Shown: one piece after another, positions 12,217 through 25,756 of the stretch
Layout: each line of letters begins with the position of its first letter
Position numbering within the stretch: position 1 is the first letter of the stretch
Source of the DNA: Octopus vulgaris
Lineage: Eukaryota
Assembly: GCA_951406725.2 (NCBI GenBank)
Contig: OX597821.1
Coordinates: 60,884,001 to 60,948,000 of the forward strand
DNA: 64,000 nt
Direction of reading: 5' to 3'
Program-made: the position numbers and the translations under genes
The notes under the pieces: generated by a model
The model's input: the letters and a program-made list of their open reading frames with translations, nothing else
The model's database searches: none
Told to the model about the DNA's origin: nothing

Positions 12217-12654
12217 CTCCGAGAAGCGATCTATATGAGTTATCTCGCTGGACTATGACTGACTTTCAGGTTTCTTTTAAACCTGGCGCATAAACAATAT
12301 ATTTGCTTACGCCTAAAAACCGCAGCCGACGCACAAACTAACAACACACACTCTGAGTGTGTGTGTTTGACTTTGCTTATATATATATATATATATATGA
12401 CTCTATTGAAAGGTTGCAAGACGTAACAAAAATTTTTGAAAAATAGGAAAAAAATAAGTGGAAATTTTACCGGTGAGTGTGTTAAATTATAACGCGCCAA
12501 AAGAGAATGACTCTCCCCAGACACAACAGAATATATTAAATATATTGAACATCAAATACAAAATATGTATATATGAATACATGCAAAACAAGAAGAAGCA
12601 AAAGGTGGAAACTTTCAGATGATGAATTTTTATGTATGAATATATAGATTTTTA

Positions 12655-12995
12655 TATTAATTGGTCCAACTTATACAGTGCAAATCACAGAGAAAATTAA
12701 AAGGCTGTTATAAGTTCAACAGCTGTTTCTGGCGGCTCGGTGATCCATAATTATGTTGGCAGATTGTGTACATCAAAATATGCTGTCGTATGGATATCTT
12801 CACAACCCTGATGACGGAGGCTTGTCTCCTCCTATGTGTACTGCATCCATACGACAACATATTGTGATGTACTAAATCTACCACCATTATTATGGATGAC
12901 CGAGCTCCCAGAGGATTTATTACAACTGTTCGACGAACGGGAAACTCTGAGTAACAGTTTTTTGATAATTTTGCAGCTGTAATAAATTGGTCTAC
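12655..12995. mobile_element. Inverted pair of PLE-type terminal fragments containing an HHR with extended stem II
   Basis: About 12660-12795 is the reverse complement of about 12845-12995; CTGATGA at 12808; GGAGGCTTGTC pairs with GACCGAGCTCC (12898-12908); GAAACAGCTGTT intact on the minus copy (12718-12729). Confidence 0.6.
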
Positions 12996-13445
12996 CTCTT
13001 GTAGTCGAGTACAATTGTGTGCTCACCTGTGTATGTATATGTGTGTGTATTTATATATATAAGGCTTTTCATCACTTTTTTCAATCTGTGTATGAACGCA
13101 TCTTAGAGCATCAGAAATGAACTTGTCAATAAGACATTTTAAAAGAAAATGATGGATATGTATAGTGATTAACTGAACGCTATTAATATTGTTTAAAAAA
13201 ACGTTATAGGATATATCATCAGAGGTAGCCTAATACCAGAAATAAAAGATTTTGAATAACAACTGCATTTAACTCCATTTATTTATTTATATATATTATA
13301 CAAAAAAAAAATTCACGTAAACCGAAAATTTCTACCTTTAAAAACAAGGAGTTACAACCTGTTTACTTGTGTGATTTTTTGCTACCCCGGTAACTATTCA
13401 TCTCTTTTTTTTCGTGTTAATTGTTAACAAGGGAAAAATACACGC

Positions 13446-13517
<72 letters not shown>

Positions 13518-15084
13518 GTGTATATAAAATACTGGTTTCAATGGGTTAAACGTTTCTAAGGTCACCAGTCAATAAAGGATCTACTTGAGAGATTTTTCGC
13601 AACCGTATTCAAATAGGTAAAACAAATTTCTATTTTAAATTTTTGTTCAGCTAGAGGATGTTTTAGTTATTATGTGCTTTAGAAAAATTAATCAGAATCG
13701 AAAACATGTAAGTTGTAATCAGATTAAAATGCTATTACAAGTGATGACTTCCAGTGAAGTACATATTTTCCACGAATCTATTTTAGTGTAGAAAAAAGAG
13801 AAAAACAGGCAAAAACAACAGAAGATGAATGAAAGAATATATAAAGAAACGAATTTCCAGAGACCTTTTAAAGCAATGATAAAATAGACAAAACATAAAT
13901 AAATAAAAAATTTGGAAAAAATATGGAAAGAAGAAGAAAGAAACATGAACAGAAAGGAATCTGCCACATTTTCAGATTAGTTTGTCACATGTTTTTCAGA
14001 AATTATTTTCGAACGTCAGTAATCCCCACGTTACAGTTTGGTATGTATTAAGACTTGGTCGACCTTGAGATGTTCGAACCTTAGTGCATTTTATCTTGAA
14101 GTGCCAAGTGGATTAGATTGTGGGAGATTCGCTTAAAGCATGCATGTTAAATAGTTCTGTGTGTTTCCACGTTGATGTGTATAATTATAACCTAGAATAA
14201 TGCAGCTGTATTTTAGAGTAAGTTCTCATCATTTCACGAAGATTTTTCCAAAAATAACCTTGCTCTACGAACGATGTTGACACAACAGCTTGCTACTTAT
14301 ACGTAACAGAATTATAATACAATATATTCATACGTACGAATTATTGATACTATTAGTACACTGTCCCCATGAAAATCGCCTAGAGCTGGTGTCTGAAGAC
14401 TAACAATATTATACCTCAAAATAATTGAATAGTCTCCTTCACAAGAGAGCTAAATTATAAGCTAAAATACTGAAAAGCTGTCACTTTTGCTACACAGCAT
14501 TATACGTATAATGAAGCACATTATAATGCTACCCTAACCAATCTATTACTATTTGAATGAATCATAGAAATATCAAATGACACGACTTCGAAGATCAAAC
14601 GACTGAATTTGTTTGATGCTGGTGACATAGAATTGTTTTATGAATTAGTGTCTTGTTATTTGATACGTATATTAAGAAATCACAAATAAGCGAAATGTGA
14701 AGAATTAATACTTTATCACTCTGTAAAAGAAAGCGACATCTCACCATAAACTTGATATTGAGTTGGCGATAAGACAATAGACTAAATTAGATTATTCTGT
14801 AGCAACGTCATTCAAAGTGGCTATTCTAGTTTCTCTTTTATTAAGAATTTTTAGATTTTGAGCGAATTAGCACAGCGGAGTTTTAATACTACGCAGGGAA
14901 AACCCCGTTAGGATAAAAATAAGTGACACTAGCTAATAAATAAAATAACATTAAACCTAATAACATCAAATGTAGCTTATATCACAGACTATTTATAGTG
15001 ATCTGTCTCTGAATTATGTTAAATTATAAATATATCTGTATGATAAATTTGTATAAATACACTTAGAGTACTATACAGAATGCG

Positions 15085-15250
15085 AGAGCGATTGGTTAAC
15101 AAATTCGTCAGAGTGTGGGAGAAATGCGTTTCGGCATTTTTAAAGTGGCCCTCTACGCTCTAAGCTCCCATTCCACCGAAGTCAGATTTACATTTCTGAT
15201 TTTCTGGAGTTGATTTAACAAAGTATTCTAATGGGATCGAAGGTTAAAGT
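15085..15250 (+). mobile_element. Highly decayed S3 SINE
   Basis: GAAATGCGTTTCGGCATTTT...TACGCTCTAAGCTCCCATTCCACCGAAGTCAGATTTACATTTC aligns loosely to S3. Confidence 0.5.
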
Positions 15251-15702
15251 GATTATTACTCGTATTAAATGTACTTAAAATCAATGTAAAATACATAATG
15301 GTTTCATTTTTATATATTTTTGTATTTAAGCCAGGGAAGGAAAAACAAACACACTCATACAGTACGCAGGGCTCTCTATATTGATGAGAAGTGCATGTAA
15401 GGATTTATTTCTGAAGCTTTATGCCGTTTAGTTAAGGGTTGTATTTCAGTTGAGTTACAATCAAATAGAGGCAGGTGTGACTGATGTGTTTAGCGCTTGG
15501 TTAGGTGGTTGACAAGCATTTGTGCATTTTCTGAGGATTGAGTGGGTGGAGAGACGAACTGAGTAAGTGTGATATGGTGTTTGCTAATTTAGAAGAATTT
15601 TAATTAGATAAAAGTCTGAATCGTTTGAGAGTTCAAAGTAAGAGTGTTAAAAGGGTCATATAACTCACTCAGTCTGAGAAAATGGGAGTAAATACAACTA
15701 CG

Positions 15703-15704
15703 AA

Positions 15705-15796
<92 letters not shown>

Positions 15797-15816
15797 AAAA
15801 GAGAGAGAAAGAAAGA

Positions 15817-15848
<32 letters not shown>

Positions 15849-15880
15849 CAGAAAAGGAGAAAAGGAGAGAGAGTGCGGAA
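15703..15880. repeat. GA-rich microsatellite
   Basis: (GA)n/(GAAA) run; similar tracts at about 16888-16985 and 35730-35885. Confidence 0.95.
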
Positions 15881-16930
15881 AAGCGAGAGATTTAATGAGA
15901 ATAGAAGCCAGCTGACCAGTTTAAGAAATTGTTGTCTGAGAGTGATAGAGGCAATGCATATGGCGCTACCTGTAGTGGTGTAGCGACTGAGTGATTTTTT
16001 GGGTAGAGATATTGTTTGCAAGGTAACAAGGTAGCTACAGCTATAAATGACTGCGAGAAATGTTATGCATTTTACGAAGTAAAATTCAAATCAAATCAGT
16101 CAGCAAATGAAGTGACTTGATCATGGATGCTATTTACAATACAATTTAGATAGATAAAAGTTAAATAGCTGTGTTCTCGAAATCCGAAACTGCAGCAGTA
16201 AATCCAAATGTAGTTTGCAGACTGTACGATGCACAGATGCATCTTTTAATTTAATGGTAGCCATATTGCATGAATTATCGTGTGGCGCAACAAACGATTC
16301 CTTTCTTCCAGAATTATTGGTAGAAATGTCAGCTTGTGAAGAAGTGCAATTCCTGTGAGTTAATCAACTGTGGAGTTTGGTGTCGTGCAAATTTGTTATG
16401 CAGCTTATACAGACGAACGTATAGAGAGATTTGTGACTGAAACCACTCAGGTTTGTTGGGTCAAACAGATTAACGGTAAATAATTTTCTGGAAGTTTAGA
16501 GAAGAAAGGGAATATTAAGTTATTGTCTTACAGAATTCTGGTGCAGACATTTGCAGTTGATAAAACTCTGCAAAAACAATCAAACACATCGAATTGACCT
16601 TAAACTTGGTGACATGTTGGGTAATATTACATGAAAAAACGAATGAAATGGTGTTTATAGGCAAACTTCTACTGAGTAGATTATCTTATGGAGCAAAGAA
16701 CTCGTTTTACTCCTGGAAATTCGGTGTGATTATTTTTCAAGAAGGTGCTTTCATTTTTCTATAATGGCTACGGAATTGTTTCTTCTTTAGTGGGAGGGGG
16801 ATTAACGATGGAGAAATGAACAGGTTAGCGTCCATATGCAATAGATAGGGAATATTTAGAAAGGGAGTTAGTTACATACACAAAAAAGAGAAAGAGAGAG
16901 AGAGAGAGAAAGAGAGATAGGGAGAGAGAA

Positions 16931-16985
<55 letters not shown>

Positions 16986-18101
16986 TAGTGTGTGAGTGAG
17001 AAAACATAGGAAGCATCCATTGAAATAAACAGATTTTAGCTGGAATATATTTCTATCCTAAATAGAAAAGTTTGGAGAAGAGGAAAAACCAAATAGATTA
17101 TAAAAGGAACGCAAGAAAGCAAGAACACTTCCAGGTTACGTATGAGGGTGTCTCATGGCTGGTGGAAAAGAATAACTTTTATGATGGTCTGGGAGTGAAA
17201 ACACAAGAATAACATACTTGAACATTTGGGTGAAAAATTGATTGATACAACATCATGTCTGGTGAGCAGCAGATAATGAATATTTGAGACACAGAAGGGA
17301 GAGATGTCTGCCTGCTGATAGAAACATCTTTGCCGTAGAGATGGTGGTTATTTTGGTAGAGGTGTTTAAGAAAATGATAATGATAAAAAAAGGCTGATGA
17401 AGGATGGACAAGGTTTAACAAAAAGACTTGTTAAGACATATTAAAAGAGAACGAATATAATGTTGCTTCAAGTGTCTGCATTTTTGTGATAATACTTAAC
17501 ATTTCGTGTGTGAATATGTAATTATTGGCGAAATATTATCAAAGCTGAATAATATCGATTTTATGACGCCCCAGAACAACTGGTATCGTTTTTACCATTA
17601 ATAGCAAGTGCAATATAAAACTGTTGGCATGTCTCAAAGCTGCCATCCCAATCTACCCTCTCTAGTATTCTATCACTGAAACGCCATCCTTTTACGCAAA
17701 GATAATGTAGCAGCTAAATAGCTTTAATGTTCATTGGATAATATTTTCGATCCATTTGACATCAATTGAATCAAGAAGCAACAAACATTTCTTGTTGTCA
17801 TGGATTCTCTTTCACACAAATGTGTTACATGCTACATCCGTTTGGCAAAGGAAGACTTTGATCCGCCATTAACAATGGGAACGCTATAGTGTCTTTCTTC
17901 TAACTATTGTTACGCTGTAAGGTCAGTAAAATATTGATCTTCTTGGTATTGATCCCTTCAGTTTCTTTAGAATTTAACACCCACTCTAAAAGTACGCCCC
18001 TCTCTTTCTCTCCCTTTCTATCTCTTTTTCCATCTCTCTGGTCAATTTTCTTACGGGGACGACAAACGCCACAAGTTTTAGCATTCTGTTCCTTCACTTA
18101 C

Positions 18102-18296
18102 CGACATAATTTGTGAAAACCGCTAAAAGTCTTCTTCATCCAGCTCTTTTATAACGTGGTACATAGTTGTCTAACCGACCATTCAAAATCTTTGACACAC
18201 AATGTATTTGTCACTTCTAACCACAGTTTCTACTTAAACTTCAAATAGATGCAACTCTGTGATTATCCCACCACAGCTGGATCACCGTATTTTATC
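18102..18296 (-). other. Candidate host-gene exon (5' UTR with possible start codon at its 3' end)
   Basis: Acceptor atattttattttcag and consensus donor GTAAGT; stops in all frames early, ends ...ATG AAG AAG ACT TTT AGC GGT TTT CAC AAA TTA TGT CG| (or ATG TCG|). Confidence 0.4.
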
Positions 18297-19227
18297 TGAA
18301 AATAAAATATCACACAAAAACTGCACGAATTTCTATGTTAAGAGTATTTATTTGATTCTCCACTATGACATTTGCAAGCTGTAGAAGAAATTTGTCTTTA
18401 GCTGTATTGATGGTAATTTAGAATAACAATGGAGCCACAATCAGAGAGAAGAATTCCGTTTACATTTTATTGATTCTTTTCTACTTGTGATGATTTTAAG
18501 AGACATAATGAATGTAAGGAGATTAAAATAGTTTCTCATGAAATGCACTCAGTGATGCATACCGTCATAGATTTTTTTTAGCTGATTAGCAAAGAAACAT
18601 GTAGTTTGAAAAACCATGATTAAGGAAAAAAGATATTTCCAGAAGTAATGCTTGTGAGTTCGAAAAAACAACTTAGCATGTGGAGTTTTACTTGCTTTGG
18701 GAAAATTGAAGTTACGAGGCGTATGAAATTTAGAACGTCATCAAGAACAATGGTTCTTAAATTGATAAAATACTAAGTCCTATAAAAATATTAGAGAAAA
18801 GGTTTTGTCGGCACTTATTATTAATAAAAAGACAAAATAGAGTTTGTATTCAAATATTCTTCTTTGTCTACTATAGAACTGGACAAGATTAAAAACGTTT
18901 AAAACTAAGCTAAATATTCCGAAACATTCTTAATGTATTGTCTCGGAAACGTTTTTAATGAAGTTCAAAAAATTCTATTGGTTAGTTTCAAAATTGCTTG
19001 CTTGAATAAGGGTATCACATTTATTTATAAATCATTCAAAGGGGTTTTGTTTCAGACTTGATAAAACAAGGCATATATGCTTTGCGTCCATAGTGATTTT
19101 AGTGTGATTAGACAGCAAGATGGGGTGATTCGATCCAATCTGCTGAAAATACACATACATGGCCACATTTCATCGAAAAACTGAAAGATGATCATGAAAT
19201 ATTATTTAACCAAGAATAATCTACATG

Positions 19228-19532
19228 GTGGAGGCACATGGCCTAGTGGTTAGAGCATCAGACTCGCGGTCGAGGGATCGCAGGTTTGAATCTCAGACCG
19301 GGCGATATGTGTGTTTATGAGCGAAACACCTAAGCTCCACGCGGCTCCGGCAGAAGGTAATGGCGAACCTCTGCTGACTCTTTCGCCACAACTTTCTCCC
19401 ACTCTTTCCTTCTGCATCTTGCAGCTCACCTGCGATAGACCGGCGTCCCGTCCAGGTGGGGAACCTATACGCCAAGGAAACCGGGAAACCGGCCCTTATG
19501 AGCCACGTATAGCTCGAGAAGGAATAAACAAC
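19228..19532 (+). mobile_element. SINE family S2, tail type 1
   Basis: Head TGGCCTAGTGGTTAG...GGTTTGAATCT; (AAC) tail; 10-bp TSD AATCTACATG at 19218-19227 and 19533-19542. Confidence 0.9.
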
Positions 19533-20274
19533 AATCTACATGAAACTGAAGCTTCAGCGATAGAATTCGGGTTTGCTCTCAGAACTATTTGTATCAGTTC
19601 ATCACCAGTTCCATGGCAGACTTGACAACGACTAAATTGGCACTTAACAGGCTTACCCAGTAAGGAATTGTGTAGGCATCAAGCAAGATGAGAATAAAGA
19701 AACCGTTAAGAGTGGAGAAGATTCCAGAGAGTCAAGAACACATTCTGGGATGGAAATGAATGCCATCTGGGTTACAAAGCCCATAGAAACAGTGGAAGGA
19801 GAATTGCACCAATAGTAAATTCCACAGTACATCAATCAGAGTCAAGTCTTAAAGTTCGAAATCAAGAAGAGAGGAAAAATAAAGACTTGTCTTCCTGTAT
19901 ATTGTGACGATGAGGTGGTTGCCAAAGAATCAGTTTGGGGAAAGTTGAAAATTTGATTTGACGGAAATGAAATTTAGATTGGAAAGTAAATAAACAGACA
20001 TGTTCGTTTCACTAAAAATGGTACCAACATTTGTTGCTGCTGGTTTAGATACATGTGAGTAACATGACAGGACAAAGTACAATTTTGGAACGTAAAATTG
20101 TAAACAAAAGCGCGTTTGCTGGTTGCATTAACTGAACACGTTGATAAGCGTATTCGGCATGTGTGTGTATGTGTGTATGTGGTGTGTATTTGTGTTTGTG
20201 TGTTTGTTTGTTATAGAGGCTCAAGTAATGTTGAGAAAATTAAGTGAAAATGTAAAAATATTTTTTCAAGCCTA

Positions 20275-20435
20275 TCCGCAAGCATATTTGTGTGAGGTTA
20301 AAAAGCTCGCTTTCCAACCACATAACTTAGGCTTCAGTCGCACTGTGCAGCACCTTGGGCAAGTGTCTTCTACTCTAGTCCCGGGCCGACCAATGCCTTG
20401 TAAGTGAATAAACACAAGCGGTGTGGAAGCCAGTC

Positions 20436-20440
<5 letters not shown>
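20275..20440 (+). mobile_element. 5' half of an S1 SINE whose internal (TA)n hosts the next element
   Basis: CACCTTGGGCAAGTGTCTTCTACT...GGCCGACCAATGCCTTG matches S1. Confidence 0.75.
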
Positions 20441-20467
<27 letters not shown>

Positions 20468-20471
<4 letters not shown>

Positions 20472-21277
20472 TTTCGTGAGTTGAATTGAGCAAACACTAT
20501 ATGAGAGAGGTTTTCTTTAAGTATTAGAAATAGTTTAAAAAAAGTTTTTTAGCTGCTATTTCTAATGAGTTCAGTATGCGGCAAAGTAATTTATTTTACT
20601 AAGCCCTTTTATATAATGTAATAATTTGAATTCGCCTTAAATGGTCCCTTTGCATACTGAACACTTGGTGAAATTGATTAATAATTAATTAATTTTACCC
20701 TCAATTGTTGAAATTATAATTAATCTCTCTCTAATTAATGCTTCGGATTTTACCGAAATAAGCATAGTGTTTGCTGATTTTAACCCACGCTGGTGGAAAG
20801 GGGAGAACAGAAATTCTTCGCTTGCATATTTGAGTTTGTTGGCACTGTTAGTTGCGAGCAGATCTTCAGAAGCGATGAGAAGCCGAAAGGGTATGCTCCC
20901 ACTTTCAGTGTTTTCAAATCCAAACCAAGGAGTTTCTGAGCTGATGATAGAAGTGTCGTGTTGACTAATCTTGAAACGTACGTTCTCAAATAACCTTTGC
21001 ATTTGATTTTTTGATGTCTTTACCCCCATACTTTCGTGAGTTGAATTGAGCAAACACTATATGAGAGAGGTTTTCTTTAAGTATTAGAAATAGTTTTAAA
21101 AAGTTTTTTAGCTGCTATTTCTAATGAGTTCAGTATGCGGCAAAGTAATTTATTTTACTAAGCCCTTTTATATAATGTAATAATTTGAATTCGCCTTAAA
21201 TGGTCCCTTTGCATACTGAACACTTGGTGAAATTGATTAATAATTAATTAATTTTACCCTCAATTGTTGAAATTATA
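20468..21277 (+). mobile_element. Non-coding HHR element A: about 1.45 tandem copies of a 560-bp monomer in (TA)n
   Basis: 20471 onward repeats at 21031 onward (period 560, about 250 bp near identical); one HHR; flanked by (TA)n on both sides. Confidence 0.85.
20934..20990 (+). ncRNA. Type I HHR of element A
   Basis: TGAG-CTGATGA-T-AGA..GTC(gtgtt)GAC..TCT-T-GAAAC-GTAC-GTT-CTCA; palindromic stem III ACGTACGT; predicted cut after GUU (20984). Confidence 0.8.
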
Positions 21278-21294
21278 TATATATATATGTATAT

Positions 21295-21378
21295 ATTAAA
21301 TTAGAGATAAAACCACTATTAGGCAAATCAATCTAATTTTTCCCTGTAAGTTTGGATTTACTCTCTAATATCATTATT
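21295..21378 (-). mobile_element. Short derivative of the 46325-46580 element (both ends, middle missing)
   Basis: ATTAGAGATAAAACCACTATT and TCTAATTTTTCCCTGTAAGTTTGGATTTA are reverse complements of the two ends of 46325-46580. Confidence 0.65.
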
Positions 21379-21398
21379 AATATATATATATATATATG

Positions 21399-21472
<74 letters not shown>

Positions 21473-21510
21473 TGTATGTATGTATGTATGTATGTATGTA
21501 TGTATGTATG

Positions 21511-21566
<56 letters not shown>

Positions 21567-21784
21567 GAAAAATACAAACTGGGACAAGAACGTAAAATAT
21601 TTAGAAGACGATACAAAAAATAAAAATACGGACGGGACATTCGAAGCCTTCAATCTTCAGTCAAGAACCGGATCATCCTAGCAATTTCGGTTGATTAATC
21701 TTGAGATCGCTCCGATCCGGCCAGCCCCAAGGAAAACTAAGCTACGAGCATTAGATTTAAGTGTGTATGTGCGTGTGTGTGTGT

Positions 21785-22092
21785 GTGAGGTGCAATGGCC
21801 CAGTGGCTAGGGCAGCGGACTCGCGGTCGTAGGATCGCGCTTTCGATTCCAAGATCGGGCGTTGTGAGTGTTTATTAAGCGAAACAACCTACAAGCTTCA
21901 AGAGGTTCCGGCAGAGGGTGGTCGTGATCTCTGCTGTACTCTTTCACCACAGCTTTCTCTCACTCTTTCTTCTGTTGGCCTGCTCGCTTAGCCAGCGAGG
22001 TGGCGTCATTCAAAGGTTAAAACAATGCAAACGTATTGTGACCAGCGATGTTTAGCAACATCTCATGGTCTGGTCGGTCACATGGTCACGAT
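21785..22092 (+). mobile_element. SINE family S2, tail type 2
   Basis: Same head and body as 1341 and 19228 up to CTCTTTCTTCTG, then a different 3' tail ending GGTCACATGGTCACGAT. Confidence 0.85.
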
Positions 22093-22149
22093 ATATATAT
22101 AGATACATACATACATATATATATATATAATATTTATATATATATATAT

Positions 22150-22813
22150 CTATAATTAGGGTTAAGCAACACGTTGCTTAGCCACATACCGAAAATTTAG
22201 AAATAGCAGCCATAGATCGCTTATTCCTATTTACTGTAACTTACATAGGCAAAAGAAGGAAAATAACGTTAACAAACAGTCTTCGGTCAGTCGTGGACGC
22301 GTTTCTGGGTTAGAATTATAAAGAACTGATTCCCGTCATCAGCACAACAATCCTATAAATTATAGATTTGCAAATGCTATTAACCCACCTCTTGCATCAT
22401 GATCTCGCGCCATCGGAGATAGCAGGAGATAGTCAGCACAAACAAAATCCATATAGACGAATGAAATCGTATTTTCCCTCCAAGATTACCATGTGTGTCA
22501 CAAAATAGTGCTGCAGAAAGAGAACTGTGGTTTGTTATAAGGGAGTGAAAATTTTCATTATTAATAATATAAGAGTAAATAATTATTATTTTTAAAAATT
22601 AATAATTATTACCAAGTAGTTTCGGTATGGAAATAGAACCACTATCGGTAGGAGCTTTTACAAAAAGTTCTTTATATATATACAAAGGCGTCCACAACTG
22701 ACCGAAGACTGTTTGTTTTCGTTATTCTCCTTCTTTTGCCTATGTGAGTTACAAGTAATGTTATATGTGGAGCTATATCTGTAGCAAATAGAAATAAGCG
22801 ATCTTTGGCTGCT
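22150..22813 (-). mobile_element. Non-coding HHR element C: one permuted monomer (-) plus an inverted fragment 22666-22813 (+)
   Basis: Shares GGCTGCTATTTCT, TTCGGTATG/CATACCGAA and ACTTGGT motifs with A and B; 22687-22813 is the reverse complement of about 22203-22300. Confidence 0.8.
22290..22348 (-). ncRNA. Type I HHR of element C
   Basis: GTTGTG-CTGATGA-C-GGG...CCC-A-GAAAC-GC-GTC-CACGAC; 6-bp stem I, palindromic ACGCGT, canonical GUC site. Confidence 0.85.
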
Positions 22814-23530
22814 AGATTACATTCCAATGGCTTAGCGATTCAGCCAAAGATACCGATAAACTAAACGTCAGACTTAAAAAAAACGTACTAGGATCTATTT
22901 GTGCGACTAAAACCTTGTAAGCTTTTAGTCGCACGACCGCAGACCAGCATGACTGCTCACTAATGTCTGAAGCAAGTAAAAGACAAACGATGTAAATTAT
23001 AGACTTGAGGCGTTCCTTCATATCAGCTCTGACAGGAACGAGTTATGATAAATGGATGCCATGTTTGACCAACCATTGTTTTTTCCAAGCGTTATCTACT
23101 CTGATGCGTTATTTCTTATAAGCTGCTCTTATCTTTTCCTCTCTGTTTTTTGTAAAGTCTTACTCTCCCAGTTTTTGTCCTTTTTCGTTATTGATCCGTT
23201 TGAGCTGATTGTATTTTCTTACCAATTATCATAATTTCTGCTACGACCGTGCTACTTATTTTCAGGCAGTATATATCTAGTACTACATTAATATTTCCTC
23301 CTCTGTTTTTAAGTCAGTATTTTCTGATTCGTGGTACAATCGACCATCATTTATAGTGAGTAAAGATACGGTGTACAGGTTGCTTTTGAAATTTAAAGAT
23401 TACTTGATTTCGAAACGGGGTGTATTAGGCATAATTTGGTTTATATATTAGGCATATATAGGTTTATGTATGGATGTAGCTCGAGTGGAAAACAGGACAC
23501 AAAGGCCCCTTCATATAGTAATATAATACC

Positions 23531-23761
23531 TATTTCTTTACTACCCACAAGGGACTAAACACAGAGAGGACAAACAAGGACAGACACACGGATTAAGTCG
23601 ATTATATCGACCCCAGTGCGTAATTGGTACTTATTTAATCGACCCCGGAAGGATGAAAGGCAAAGTCAACCTCGGCGGAATTTGAACTCAGAACGTAACG
23701 GCAGACGAAATACGGCTACGCATTTCGCCCGGCGTGCTAACGTTTCTGCCAGCTCGCCTTA
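23531..23761 (-). mobile_element. Full-length S3 SINE, tail B, young
   Basis: Near-consensus S3; 18-bp TSD ATATAGTAATATAATACC at 23513-23530 and 23762-23779. Confidence 0.95.
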
Positions 23762-23779
23762 ATATAGTAATATAATACC

Positions 23780-25000
23780 GTCTGTGGCTGCAACTTGATC
23801 TTGTCTGTAACATTTAAATCTGTTTTAGTTTGGGAGAATGGCTTCTTACAAACTAAAAGAGAAAAGGTGCGGAAATATGGCAGCGTTTGCCTGTATTCAT
23901 TCAATGAAAAAACTTGCTAAATCTGAATTTTTTCTTATTAATTCATGGATATTTTATCTTATAGTTACGGTCTCTTATGCTCGTGTACTCTTATTTACAT
24001 ATTCTGCGCTCCAGATATTCAATCGATCCGCCTAATGGAAGACATTAATATCAATTCTAACATACAGGGTTTCGTGCAGGTATAAGTACTGTGGGAATTA
24101 TTCAATTCTCCACATTATAGTATAATTTTGTATGTTCTTAGATTGGGAAGGCTGCCACATCTGAGACGGAATAAATGACTTGGAATAGATACAAGTAAGA
24201 TGTTCAACACTAATGTTTTCTTATGGACGGTTAGTTTCTTTTGTATTGTCATTGTGTACACTTGCCTGGAATTGAAGTGATCTAAGGACGATATTTTAAT
24301 AATGTTCTGGCGGTGTTGCAGATGTAACGGTTGTTTCAATATAAGGGAATATATGCACCTATAAGGACAGTGCTTAAGAGCTCGTTGCTGCAATAAAATA
24401 TATCTTTCGCATGATGAGGTGGCTTTACATTTTGAATGACGACGTTTCCTTTCTATGACGTGAAAAGATTGTCAGTGTGCATAGTGCTGTCTTGTGTTTG
24501 TTTTCGTAGTTTGGTTTTGATTTGTGTTGAGGAGTTTAGAGTTCTGTCAGTTTCTACATAATCCATGGTTTACACAGTATGTTGTCTCTGCATTAGTATT
24601 ATATTCTCTATATTTTCTAACTGTGGTGTCTGTAAGAGTTTTGAATGCAATTTCTCAGTCGTTTCGTTATATTTGATTTGTCTTATGGGAATTTCAATGC
24701 TTCTTTTTAGAAGTATCGTAGTTCATGACAGTAATTTTATCTTCTGTTTGTGTGGTATACCTACATAGCTGAGGTGAACCTGATGCTTGATTGAACACGG
24801 CAGAGTTGGTAGGTGCTATATTTTTACCTACTTATTTGAAGTCAGTTTTCTGTATAGGTGATGAAAGGCTGCAGCTATTGTCTACTGAAACTAAGATCCA
24901 TCATAGAAAGATACACAAGAACAATATTGAAGTATATAATACCCAATGTTCTATACGAGTTTCATTCAATGGAATTTATTTCACACAGTTGGTGGGAGAC
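23780..25000 (-). mobile_element. Possible very old PLE RT remnant
   Basis: Only faint echoes on the minus strand (SLDHFNSRQVYT like S.D..SLYT; QYLYLH like .YL.F.S.HP); no clear motif. Confidence 0.25.
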
Positions 25001-25756
25001 TTGTGATTTAATTTGTTTTGAATTTCTATGACTAACAAAAACCTTCAGCAAACTATACAACGTAGCGTTCGTTCGATAAACGGCAATGTAACATATATGA
25101 AATTAATGTACAGTAAAATTACCATAGAGAACAAAGAATCTTGAACAATATGCCAGAATAGTGTATATAAAATGATTTAACTTTATAGACTTTAGCTCTA
25201 TTTTCTGTTCATAGTGAGAAGTACAGTTTCATATATTCCAGATATTTATTCAATACGTTAAAGGAAAATTAAAAGACTAGGCCTTTGTTCCAGCAATAAA
25301 GAATCGCACCCTCAAAGCGGAAAGAGGAAAAGCCAGGTAAATGGATAAAGTTATTTTATTCTTTGCGGTTTATGTAAATATAAGCTAATGGTATGTTTTA
25401 TAGTGATGAATCAGAAATATGTGATAGCAGAAAAGTAATTGACAGCAAAAATATATTAACTCTTTAAATACTCTAAGACTGAAAGAATCAAAAGATAAAT
25501 AGCTAAACATTAAAGTGAAAAATTTTGCAACGTTAAACAAATGAAATATAGTAATATATAATGTATCAAATACTAACTATACACGATCGTTGGATTAATA
25601 TGCACACGTGCATACACATACACTCGCACAATATGTATGATAATATATATACAGAATATATCTACTCAGTTTTTAACCAACATAGTTTGTATAGAGAGGT
25701 ATACACAGCTTATATATATATATATACTATATATCTGTAGGCAGCTAAAGAGTGAA

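Noticed and set aside
15950-17430. Possible very old RTE-type LINE debris (also 32230-32850)
   Set aside because: Only a compositional impression; no translatable motif found.
21625-21720. HHR-like words on the minus strand (CTGAAGA...GAAT; CTCAAGA...GAAAT)
   Set aside because: Core and stems cannot be assembled into a hammerhead; probably part of another repeat.
22198-22212. TAGAAATAGCA resembles the Cas9 sgRNA scaffold
   Set aside because: Short coincidental match; it is the reverse complement of the GCTGCTATTTCT motif.
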